Of a DNA stretch of 40,964 nucleotides, positions 24,113 to 31,963 are shown one piece after another. A program made the position numbers and the translations under genes. Origin of the DNA: a virus. Lineage: Duplodnaviria; Caudoviricetes. The stretch spans positions 1-40,964 of IMG/VR virus record IMGVR_UViG_3300002092_000011, one strand, 5' to 3'. Each line of letters starts with the position of its first letter. Within the stretch, counting starts at the first letter, position 1. The notes beneath the pieces were generated by a model. It did no database searches. It had not been told where the DNA came from and saw nothing but the letters and a program-made list of their open reading frames with translations.

Positions 24113-24313
24113 ATGATTCGCTTTAATACACCGTCTAATTGTGGGCATCCTTTCGATTTAATTTTAAAAGACGTGCTCCGATATTGCGTCGATAACGAAT
24201 TACCAATTGACCGTGCGTTTGAAGACTTTGATTACCCTGTCGATGCCGAACTGCGTGAATGCGTAATCGAGGCGGCCGAATACATTCTCGAAACCTTGAA
24301 AGGAAACGCCTAA
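24113..24313 (+). CDS. Hypothetical early protein
   Basis: AGGAG RBS; first gene after the sigma-54-like promoter. Confidence 0.6.
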   Translation: MIRFNTPSNCGHPFDLILKDVLRYCVDNELPIDRAFEDFDYPVDAELRECVIEAAEYILETLKGNA

Positions 24314-24411
24314 TGAAAGCCGTAATCAGCAAGAAGTTATCCGCAAAAGAGCGCCGTATCTACGCGCTAATCGCTCGTCAAGGGAACCTTTGGTTGAAAG
24401 GAAATAAGTAA
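24313..24411 (+). CDS. 32-aa basic peptide (MKAVISKKL...)
   Basis: TAATG coupling at both ends, AAGGA RBS. Confidence 0.5.
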   Translation: MKAVISKKLSAKERRIYALIARQGNLWLKGNK

Positions 24412-24632
24412 TGAAACTCACGCGCAAACAGATTGAGAACTATTACGAGAATGAATGTGCGTTTCGGGATTATGAGTTTAAGCGTGCATCGAGTTGGGGC
24501 AAGTGTTCGGTCGCTCGATCTATCAACTTACTCAACCCAACCAAGTATGCACTCGAAGACGCACTGAATGTGTTCGTTCGAGACGGTTACGGAACGATTG
24601 TTATCTATTTAGGAAAGGAAAAAAACAAATGA
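24411..24632 (+). CDS. Hypothetical early protein
   Basis: AAGGA RBS, coupled. Confidence 0.55.
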   Translation: MKLTRKQIENYYENECAFRDYEFKRASSWGKCSVARSINLLNPTKYALEDALNVFVRDGYGTIVIYLGKEKNK

Positions 24633-25231
24633 GGTACTTAAAACGAACGGGAGTATTCAAGGGTAACCAAGGCCGGTCGAGTTTTGATCCTAAATCAATG
24701 CAGGCGTGGTCTTATGATTGGTGGCAGTTCCTTGCAATTATCGACGGCAAAGTCACCTTCAATAACTATTACTATTCTTCTCCCACGCGCACGCACCAAG
24801 CGGCCGTTCGAAAACTTTTAAATCTATTCGGCGTGAAACACCGCTGTGTGAGTATTTCGACGGGTTTGCAAAATATCATCGGGGAAGTGCCTCGTGTGGA
24901 AGGGCAAATTGAAACCCTTCGCGAAGAGATTGCAACACCACGCTCACATGCTAGGAAAAATAAAGAGCGTCGCATGCAGATCATTCAATTGAAGGAATAT
25001 ATTAAGGAACTAAAACGCCTCGCAAAGGCCAAACGGTCTAGCGAATACAAAGGCAAAATTGACTTAAGTTTGTTACCCAAACCAACGCCTCTCACTGGAT
25101 ATCAAAAGGATCAACGCGAGAAACAGAAACAACTTAAACAATTACGAGACGCAAACCGCGTTCACGTACAAAGCGTTGAAGCGAATAGAGGCTCTTTTAA
25201 ATTAGTGAAAGGCGGAAACAATGAATTCTAG
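24629..25231 (+). CDS. Basic early protein (start revised to MRYLKRTG, 200 aa)
   Basis: AAGGA RBS and ATGA coupling at 24629; SY.WW...N...YS..T..HQ motif seen in phage early proteins. Confidence 0.6.
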   Translation: MRYLKRTGVFKGNQGRSSFDPKSMQAWSYDWWQFLAIIDGKVTFNNYYYSSPTRTHQAAVRKLLNLFGVKHRCVSISTGLQNIIGEVPRVEGQIETLREEIATPRSHARKNKERRMQIIQLKEYIKELKRLAKAKRSSEYKGKIDLSLLPKPTPLTGYQKDQREKQKQLKQLRDANRVHVQSVEANRGSFKLVKGGNNEF

Positions 25232-25415
25232 ACGCGGAATGCACGAATGCATATGTGCCCAATGTGCCGAGAACGCTTCGGGCTTCAAAGACTATTACGA
25301 GTGCTCGAAGTGCCACATGTACGGGCACATTATGGATCACTTCGCGTTGGACAAAGACAAAGAGTGTTGCGACGCGTGTGTTGAGGAAGAATTAGCGAAG
25401 GGAGAAGCGAAATGA
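25221..25415 (+). CDS. Cys-rich zinc-binding protein
   Basis: Three CxxC pairs (CAQC, CSKC, CDAC). Confidence 0.55.
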   Translation: MNSRRGMHECICAQCAENASGFKDYYECSKCHMYGHIMDHFALDKDKECCDACVEEELAKGEAK

Positions 25416-25693
25416 GTAACCATAGTAAAGCCCCTTGGGGACTAGATCGCGGTAAGCAGGCGCTTTGGCTTGTGGACGCAGAGAACGTCGTAATAGCTAG
25501 GTTTGTATTAGCAGGTGACGAGGACGAAGCAACGGAACAGAAGGCTAATTCTCAATTGATTGCAACTGCGCCAGAGTTATTAGAATTCGTTAAGGCAGTT
25601 GTTAAGGAACAGAGTGAACACGGTGACAACGGTGACGCTGTTCTCATTCGGACGGGCGAAGCCTTAATTCGAAAGGTCACAACCAATGAATGA
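25412..25693 (+). CDS. Conserved phage early protein (H..PW...ANA.LIA.APELL type)
   Basis: NHSKAPW...KANSQLIATAPELLE. Confidence 0.65.
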   Translation: MSNHSKAPWGLDRGKQALWLVDAENVVIARFVLAGDEDEATEQKANSQLIATAPELLEFVKAVVKEQSEHGDNGDAVLIRTGEALIRKVTTNE

Positions 25694-25913
25694 AGACTTT
25701 CGAACATTTTATTTTAAGCCGGGCTTTGAAAGTTTGGTTCCGTTGGTGAACTACATTGAAGACCAGTTCAAGGTTATGTGTGGCGTTGGGAGTGATTTTA
25801 TAAATGTGTACACCACACGGCCGGAATTAGTTAAGCGAATTGAATTGGGTATTCGCCGATGGAATTCCGTCGATAAGAACGTTCAACTAGACCCTAAAGA
25901 GCACGGAGAATGA
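25686..25913 (+). CDS. Hypothetical protein
   Basis: Coupled in rightward operon. Confidence 0.55.
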   Translation: MNEDFRTFYFKPGFESLVPLVNYIEDQFKVMCGVGSDFINVYTTRPELVKRIELGIRRWNSVDKNVQLDPKEHGE

Positions 25914-26260
25914 TTATGAGAACAGTGAACAGAGTAATGCTGATTACGATCGCTTTGGTAATTGCAACCGCGTGCGGTAAAGAGCCCGCGCCGTTCGCCG
26001 CTGTAACCGTGTGCTCTGAAACGTTCACGGCATGTGTTGGTGCGGCCACTGCGAATTGCATTCAATCGGGAGAAACGATTACGGTCGATTACACATTCAC
26101 GGGCGCAACTTCAATTCAACATGCGACGTGCGAAGCGAGTGCGAGTGGGGTTGTGGTTGGTTGCGACGTTGGAAGCCCACGCACGGCTTATTTAACGGAC
26201 GCGGGATCAAACGTCGACGTATTAGCTTTCAAGCCCTCAAATTGTAGATTGGGGAACTAA
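25910..26260 (+). CDS. Cys-rich lipoprotein
   Basis: Signal peptide with lipobox-like ATACG; six further Cys. Confidence 0.6.
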   Translation: MIMRTVNRVMLITIALVIATACGKEPAPFAAVTVCSETFTACVGAATANCIQSGETITVDYTFTGATSIQHATCEASASGVVVGCDVGSPRTAYLTDAGSNVDVLAFKPSNCRLGN

Positions 26261-26376
26261 TGATCGAAGGAATTCTCATTGTAGCGGCCGGTATTCTTCT
26301 GGTGCCCATAGCGGTTTACGTTGTGGTTGCTTTAGTAATTCTAATCTTGGGAGTTATTGTAACGATTTTCGATTGA
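26260..26376 (+). CDS. 38-aa highly hydrophobic membrane peptide
   Basis: MIEGILIVAAGILLVPIAVYVVVALVILILGVIVTIFD; GGGG RBS, TAATG coupling. Confidence 0.55.
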   Translation: MIEGILIVAAGILLVPIAVYVVVALVILILGVIVTIFD

Positions 26377-26380
26377 AACC

Positions 26381-26403
26381 CACACGCGCGCATGGAGCGC
26401 GAG
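26381..26403 (+). repeat. 21-23 bp motif, copy 1 (intergenic)
   Basis: CACACGCGCGCATGGAGCGCGAG. Confidence 0.85.
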
Positions 26404-26462
26404 GGGAAAACGAAACCGAGCCCGATTGCCACGAGCCCGGTTTCTCGCAAGGAAGACAACGA

Positions 26463-26771
26463 ATGAATGAAAAAGACACTATCAAAATAGATTTGGAACG
26501 CAAGGCGAAGTGTATTTTGAAACTAATACACACGATTAATGAATACTTTGAAGCCTTCCACGAGCCGGTCCCAATTAAAGTGCTCAGCGCAAAGTATGCC
26601 CGTCTTTTCCAACGATTAGGCGGGTTTAGCGAAGTAATTGAAGAACTCTCGGCTTTCGGTCAAATTAGCGTTCTCATGCATAAGAGCGGGCGTAAGGATG
26701 TTTATCCGGCCGGCGTTGCAGTCGAGAACACGGAAGCTTCAAAAGTATTACATGGGTTGGGGGGAAAATGA
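26463..26771 (+). CDS. Putative winged-helix DNA-binding protein (start revised to MNEKDT)
   Basis: AAGGA RBS; helix-helix-helix-wing pattern ending ISVLMHKSGRKDVY. Confidence 0.55.
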   Translation: MNEKDTIKIDLERKAKCILKLIHTINEYFEAFHEPVPIKVLSAKYARLFQRLGGFSEVIEELSAFGQISVLMHKSGRKDVYPAGVAVENTEASKVLHGLGGK

Positions 26772-27127
26772 GCGAAGACATTAAAAAAGAAACGCAATTC
26801 CTAGGCGGAGGCATCGGGAAGAATGCGGCTACAGTTACTAAAGAGCGCCGTAAAACGGCGGGAGATCCAACTGCACGCGAAGGTCGTAGGTTACTTCGAA
26901 AGACCGGAGACACGGTCCGTCCTTTTGGATGCGATCACATTGGAAGTGCGGCCTTTCATATTTATCGACTGAAAAATACACCTGTAGATAGACCGGTTCA
27001 CATGGTTGTGTGCCAAACCCAAGTAGAAGAGTGCTCCGAAGGGGAAGCTGATTTTGCGCACAAGCAATTGCAACAAGCCTTAATGGAAGCGTTTGGGCGA
27101 GAGATACCAAAGCTTAGAAACCTGTAG
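26768..27127 (+). CDS. Hypothetical protein
   Basis: GGGGGG RBS, ATGA coupling. Confidence 0.6.
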   Translation: MSEDIKKETQFLGGGIGKNAATVTKERRKTAGDPTAREGRRLLRKTGDTVRPFGCDHIGSAAFHIYRLKNTPVDRPVHMVVCQTQVEECSEGEADFAHKQLQQALMEAFGREIPKLRNL

Positions 27128-27128
27128 T

Positions 27129-27151
27129 CACACGCGCACATGGAGCGCGAG
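27129..27151 (+). repeat. 21-23 bp motif, copy 2 (intergenic)
   Basis: CACACGCGCACATGGAGCGCGAG, one mismatch to copy 1. Confidence 0.85.
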
Positions 27152-27177
27152 TAACGAATGAAAATGTTGGGAGTGTT

Positions 27178-28047
27178 ATGTTTACATTCAAGGAAAAATT
27201 CGACGGATTGCCAGGCGTCTACAAAATATCAAACGAGGAATACCACGCGTCTCCGGGGATCTCTAATTCTCACTTAATGCAGCTTAAGAAGACGCCGATG
27301 CACTATAAGCATTGGTTGACGACTGAGCAAAAGGAAACGGATGCGCTTCGCACTGGGAGTGCAGCGGGAACTTTAATTTTAGAGCCCGAAACGTTTCACT
27401 CGCGCTACATCGTAGCTCCGAAGTGCGATAAGCGAACGCGCGAAGGCAAAGCGATTTGGCAGGACATTCAAGACAAGGCCAATGGTCGCGAAATTATTTC
27501 GGATGCCGTGGCGTTTGAAGCCGAGCAAATTAGAGACTCGTTTCAAAAGACAATTGGAAGCTCGGCCTACAAAGGATTGTTTAGCGGCTTAATTGAATAC
27601 TCTTTTTATTGGATTAAAGACGGCGTGCTCTGCAAATGCCGTCCGGATGTTCTCTCACGCCTGGGGATAATCACGGACCTTAAGACAACCTCGAGTGGCG
27701 CTTCACCGAGCGAGTTTCAACGCTCGATCGTTAATTACGGCTACGCAATGCAAGGCGCTTGGTACATCGAGGGAGTGCTTGAAGCCTTGAAACAAAGCGG
27801 TTGCAGTCTCCCTGAGGGGTTTGAGTTGCCTGGCGAATTCGTTTTAGTTCCCATTGAAAGCGAAGCGCCCTACGCGTGCGCAATGTACCAACTCGACACG
27901 CCATCGCTTATTGAAGGTGAATTGCAATGCGCCGACGCCTTGAAACTTTACAAGGAATGCACTGAGAAAAATCATTGGCCCGGTTACGAGCTAACGATCA
28001 AGCAAATTGGATTACCGGCATACGGATACAAAAGGAGTAACGAATGA
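27178..28047 (+). CDS. RecE/exodeoxyribonuclease VIII-like PD-(D/E)XK exonuclease (DUF3799-type)
   Basis: ISNEEYHA..GISNS, LEPE.F, CKCRPD, DLKTT, Y.MQ.AWY; adjacent to Bet. Confidence 0.88.
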   Translation: MFTFKEKFDGLPGVYKISNEEYHASPGISNSHLMQLKKTPMHYKHWLTTEQKETDALRTGSAAGTLILEPETFHSRYIVAPKCDKRTREGKAIWQDIQDKANGREIISDAVAFEAEQIRDSFQKTIGSSAYKGLFSGLIEYSFYWIKDGVLCKCRPDVLSRLGIITDLKTTSSGASPSEFQRSIVNYGYAMQGAWYIEGVLEALKQSGCSLPEGFELPGEFVLVPIESEAPYACAMYQLDTPSLIEGELQCADALKLYKECTEKNHWPGYELTIKQIGLPAYGYKRSNE

Positions 28048-28232
28048 ATAAACATGCGGAGTTGTTTGAGAATGGAAAATGGGAGCGGGTTACCTGCGGG
28101 TCAGGCGGCGGTTGCACCACTTGGGTGATGAATGTTCCGGGCGGCTGGTTGTTCCGCGTAATTGACACGAGCGAAAGTGAGACTTTCACCACTACAACGT
28201 GTTTTGTTCCTTTTCCGAGGGAGGAAAAATGA
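28044..28232 (+). CDS. Small phage protein (VPGGWL motif)
   Basis: AAGGAG RBS, coupled on both sides. Confidence 0.65.
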   Translation: MNKHAELFENGKWERVTCGSGGGCTTWVMNVPGGWLFRVIDTSESETFTTTTCFVPFPREEK

Positions 28233-29089
28233 AAAATGAATTAATGAAGTTTGAAGGGCGCTTTGATGAAGGGCAGCTTGAACTAATCAAGACGCAAATC
28301 TGCAAAGGTTCCTCTACGCCTGAATTGCAACTCTTCATCGAGGTATGCAAGCGGACCGGCCTTGACCCTTTCGCTAAGCAAATTTACGCAATCCAACGCG
28401 GCGGAAGAATGACAATCCAAGTTTCAATCGACGGTTGTCGCGTGGTTGCTGAGAGATCGGGACACTATCTAGGCCAACAAGGACCGTTTTGGTGCGGGGA
28501 AGACGGTGTCTGGAAGGACGTTTGGTTGGACAAGGAAACTCCCAAAGCTGCGAAGGTCGGCATTTGGAAAAAAGGGGCAACCGAGCCGGTGTGGGGCGTG
28601 GCCAACTACAGCGCTTATTCTGTGGCTAACGAAATGTGGCGCAAGATGCCGGCCAACATGATTGCGAAATGTGCCGAGGCTTTGGCCCTTCGAAAAGCGT
28701 TTCCAATGGACTTGTCAGGGCTTTACACCACTGAGGAAATGGAAAGCCAAGATGCGCCGCCAACGCTACACGCGCGCATGGAGCGCGACACGAATATCAA
28801 CTCACGGTTCATCGAGGCTACAAAAGTAGAGCCAGAGTTACCTACTGTACAAAAACCAACCGTAGCGCAAGCAATGGTTAACGAAACTCAAAACAAGAGC
28901 CGTCCCTTTCATGATTATGTTATCCCGGCCGGCGTTCACACTGGGCAAAAACTAAGCTCATTCGACGACTCCACTCTCTCGGCCTACCGATCAGAGTTAA
29001 AGGCTCGCATCCCGAAAGCGGATATGGTGAATCAAGCTAAAATGATGGACATTGTCGACGCAATTAACCTTTACCTTGGGGCCGAATGA
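28229..29089 (+). CDS. bet: Phage recombination protein Bet (RecT/Red-beta ssDNA annealing protein); start revised to MKNELM
   Basis: ELQLF..C...GLDPF..QIY, IQVSIDG.R..A.RSG, W.KMP..M..K.AE..ALRKAFP..LSGLY..EEM; GGAGG RBS. Confidence 0.92.
   Translation: MKNELMKFEGRFDEGQLELIKTQICKGSSTPELQLFIEVCKRTGLDPFAKQIYAIQRGGRMTIQVSIDGCRVVAERSGHYLGQQGPFWCGEDGVWKDVWLDKETPKAAKVGIWKKGATEPVWGVANYSAYSVANEMWRKMPANMIAKCAEALALRKAFPMDLSGLYTTEEMESQDAPPTLHARMERDTNINSRFIEATKVEPELPTVQKPTVAQAMVNETQNKSRPFHDYVIPAGVHTGQKLSSFDDSTLSAYRSELKARIPKADMVNQAKMMDIVDAINLYLGAE
28768..28788 (+). repeat. 21-bp motif, copy 3 (inside bet linker)
   Basis: ACACGCGCGCATGGAGCGCGA, identical to the core of copy 1. Confidence 0.85.
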
Positions 29090-29448
29090 AGACGAGTTCC
29101 GCAAAAGCAAAAGGGCGTAGGCTTTGCGCTGAGTTGCGTGAAGCGCTTTTAAAAATTGGGCGTTGGCATAACATTTTACCTGAGGACATTGTTGTCACTC
29201 CGAGCGGGGTTACCGGCGAAGATTTGTATTTGTCTCCGCACGCAAGAAAGCTATTTAACTTTGCTATCGAGTGCAAAAATCAGGAAAATTTAAACGTGTG
29301 GAAAGCTTTTGAACAAGCTCAGTCACACGCAAAAGGCGGGGATAAAATTCCATTACTGGCTTTCAAACGAAATAAATCAAAGCTCATGGTGTGCCTTGAG
29401 TTGGAGCACTTTCTAAAACTTCTATGGCCAGACACTTCCCCGACATAA
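29086..29448 (+). CDS. Holliday junction resolvase-like PD-(D/E)XK nuclease
   Basis: [29 protein letters not shown]. Confidence 0.78.
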   Translation: MKTSSAKAKGRRLCAELREALLKIGRWHNILPEDIVVTPSGVTGEDLYLSPHARKLFNFAIECKNQENLNVWKAFEQAQSHAKGGDKIPLLAFKRNKSKLMVCLELEHFLKLLWPDTSPT

Positions 29449-30620
29449 TTGACGCTTATTTAGAGTTTACAAAAGGGCACGAGGCGACACCGAAAATTCA
29501 TCTCTGGTCTTTTTTGTCGGTGATTGCCGCCGCTATGGAAAGGAAGGTGTGGCTTGAGCGAGGCTACTATCTTTTATACCCTAACCTTTACGTTTTTATT
29601 ATTGGCCGCTCCGGCCTTGTTAAAAAATCAACCACGATGGGAGTCGCGGTCTCGATGCTCAAAGAAATACCGACGATCTCGGTAATGAGCGAAAGGCTTA
29701 CGGCCTCGTCGTTAATCTCCCAATTGTGTTCCGCTCAGAAGAAATTCGAGTGGTACGGTCAGGAAATTCCACAGGCCCCAGTGTTCTCTTATGCGTCCGA
29801 GCTTTCCGTTTTTATGACGGAAGTTTTCGGAAGCATCATTGAACTTCTAACCACGTTTTATGACCCTACTGACCACAAGAAACCCTGGATATACAAAACG
29901 GTTGGAAAGGGAACGTTCAATATTCACGGCCCTTGCTTAAATCTTTTGGGAGGCTCAACCCAAGCGTGGCTCACTCGTTGTATTCCGGTCACCGAGATGG
30001 AAGGCGGTTTTGCATCGCGGGTTATTTTCGTTGTAGAGAATGCCGGGCCAAAGAAATTAGTGGCGTGGCCCGAAGTTCATCCAGAGATGCTAGACCACAG
30101 GCAAAAAATAGTTGAGGACTTGACCGACATTTCCAATATGGTTGGGCCAATGCAAGTTACCGACTCCGCCAAAAAATTCTTCAGCAATTGGTATGAGCAC
30201 CACATGAGAGAAGTTCTTCCGGTAAACCAAGATTCAAGAATTTCTGGTTACATGGGAAGAAAGGGCGACACTCTTTTGAAGCTTGCTATGGTTCGCTCGG
30301 CATCCCGAAGTAGCGATCGTGTTCTAACTCTGGAACACCTCCAATGGGCAGGGCACAACCTAGAGTTAGTCGAAAGAGATATGAGGACCGCGTTTGATGT
30401 TAAGGCGACTGAAGACGAGTCACTCGTTTGGGACATTGTGGAGTTTGTGAGAAACCGTAGGATTGCCCCGCGCCACGAGGTAACAAAGCTTTTCAGTAAT
30501 AAGTGTAGCCCGAAAGAAATTGAAACCGCATTAGGTGAAGCGTTGGAAGAGGGACACATTAAAGAGATTCGGGCGGAGAAAGATGGGGCCTATCTTATTT
30601 GCTACCAGATCGTCGATTAG
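29424..30620 (+). CDS. DUF3987-like P-loop ATPase (putative replicative helicase) with C-terminal winged helix
   Basis: YPNLYV.IIG.SG..KKST Walker A, ASELS Walker B region, LNLLGGST, GGFASR arginine finger. Confidence 0.72.
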   Translation: MARHFPDIIDAYLEFTKGHEATPKIHLWSFLSVIAAAMERKVWLERGYYLLYPNLYVFIIGRSGLVKKSTTMGVAVSMLKEIPTISVMSERLTASSLISQLCSAQKKFEWYGQEIPQAPVFSYASELSVFMTEVFGSIIELLTTFYDPTDHKKPWIYKTVGKGTFNIHGPCLNLLGGSTQAWLTRCIPVTEMEGGFASRVIFVVENAGPKKLVAWPEVHPEMLDHRQKIVEDLTDISNMVGPMQVTDSAKKFFSNWYEHHMREVLPVNQDSRISGYMGRKGDTLLKLAMVRSASRSSDRVLTLEHLQWAGHNLELVERDMRTAFDVKATEDESLVWDIVEFVRNRRIAPRHEVTKLFSNKCSPKEIETALGEALEEGHIKEIRAEKDGAYLICYQIVD

Positions 30621-30963
30621 GAGACTTAAGCTGGGAAGCCTTGTCCATAAAGGCTTTCACGGCTTGATAATTACAGTCTTTCGTTTCGTGGCAAAGCTTT
30701 TCAATAATTCCCTTCCAGGCCGCAAAGCTCGCGCTCTGAGTGCAAATCATTCCTTCTCGCTCTAAATCCCAGGCCGGCTTTGCAACGTCTCTCGTGTCAG
30801 GAATTAAGGTGTGAAAGCAAGTCGCTCCGCCCGGCCCCATATCGCCACACCACTCCGAGTCTGGAATAGTCACGGAAACACAACCATTCAACAGAATGGA
30901 AATTCCGATTAGGGTGAAGGCCACTACAACCAAAAAAAGAAGTTCTTTAGTTTTAGCTTCCAT
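30595..30963 (-). CDS. Lipoprotein, o-spanin (Rz1)-like
   Basis: Signal peptide with lipobox LNGC; last gene of lysis-like cluster. Confidence 0.5.
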   Translation of the reverse strand: MEAKTKELLFLVVVAFTLIGISILLNGCVSVTIPDSEWCGDMGPGGATCFHTLIPDTRDVAKPAWDLEREGMICTQSASFAAWKGIIEKLCHETKDCNYQAVKAFMDKASQLKSPNRRSGSK

Positions 30964-31321
30964 CGAAGTGTATTAGGTTCCCAAGCGTTTTTTTGAATAC
31001 AATCGCAGCGGCTTCGATTTGTGCAGGGTCATTTGTTGCCTGAGCCGCTTTTAATTGCGCCACTGTCTCTTGATAATTCGCATTCTCTTCAATTACCTGC
31101 ATGTCGATAATCTTAAAAGACGCGAATTTTTCTATCGCATCAAACACCTTTCCGCCAAGCCAATTAATAACAAACGCCGTTGCTAACCCAATAACCGGCC
31201 AACCCAAGAATGGGACGGCCGCAACGATCAGCGCAAAGGCCTCTTTCAAGGCGGCTGATCGCAATACATCGTTGATTACCACGTCGATAATATTGACTAC
31301 TGGGTTAACAACGTCGGTCAT
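30953..31321 (-). CDS. Membrane protein, i-spanin-like
   Basis: TM segment(s) followed by coiled coil; precedes lipoprotein. Confidence 0.4.
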   Translation of the reverse strand: MTDVVNPVVNIIDVVINDVLRSAALKEAFALIVAAVPFLGWPVIGLATAFVINWLGGKVFDAIEKFASFKIIDMQVIEENANYQETVAQLKAAQATNDPAQIEAAAIVFKKTLGNLIHFDGS

Positions 31322-31323
31322 AA

Positions 31324-31611
31324 TTAGCCTTTCAACACTTCTACGTAGCGCGGAATGTACATCGCCATGGAAAAGGCGACTTCAATGCCTTCCGAAAAAC
31401 TTAGGTCGGAAATTTCGGCGGGCACTTGACCCAAAACCACGCGAGCGGCTTCAAGCTTAGCTCTTAGGTCTGGGCTATTTTGCAAATCAGACCATAGCGC
31501 TCCGGCTTCCGCGATCGGGCCGCCGCCTTTTTTAACGACCTTGATAACTTCCAAAGCCACTTCATTTGCCGCGCCTAAAACTGCCTTTAGCGATTCAACT
31601 CCTACTGACAT
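31324..31611 (-). CDS. Helical protein in lysis-like cluster
   Basis: GGAGG RBS; 95 aa amphipathic. Confidence 0.5.
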   Translation of the reverse strand: MSVGVESLKAVLGAANEVALEVIKVVKKGGGPIAEAGALWSDLQNSPDLRAKLEAARVVLGQVPAEISDLSFSEGIEVAFSMAMYIPRYVEVLKG

Positions 31612-31925
31612 GGGTAACCTCCATTTTTTTTGTTGTTCGTTTTTTTTTGAGCCATTTCAAGGTGTGACACCTGAACTCTCATAATCTCCTGGGTTGTTTT
31701 CATGTCGCTCAGTTCCCGGTAAATATCTGCGTTCTCCGTGCGAATCGCTCTGAACTCGCCTCTACATTCCATCATCCACTCGGGCTCTGGTTTATATTCT
31801 TTCGTTTTTGGGTTCCGCGCTGCCTTCCATTTCACCAAAAAAGAAAGAGCCTCCCTTAGGACGAGTGAAACACCGACAACAATAGTGCCGACACCCTTGA
31901 GAAAAGCCGGATCGACGATCGTCAT
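31602..31925 (-). CDS. Holin-like protein (N-terminal TM plus coiled coil)
   Basis: One TM, basic segment, coiled coil; GGGAG RBS. Confidence 0.45.
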   Translation of the reverse strand: MTIVDPAFLKGVGTIVVGVSLVLREALSFLVKWKAARNPKTKEYKPEPEWMMECRGEFRAIRTENADIYRELSDMKTTQEIMRVQVSHLEMAQKKTNNKKNGGYPCQ

Positions 31926-31963
31926 CTAGTTCTCCCAACCGAATAAATTTAAAAGACCGAAAC

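Noticed and set aside
26381-28788. 21-bp repeats or GACGAT arrays as a CRISPR array or att sites
   Set aside because: Spacing is hundreds of bp or only 14-17 bp rather than spacer-sized; no cas or integrase gene recognised
26701-28936. Shared TATCC(C)GGCCGGCGTT at about 26703 and 28921
   Set aside because: Both encode PAGV within coding sequence; only two copies, plausibly coincidental
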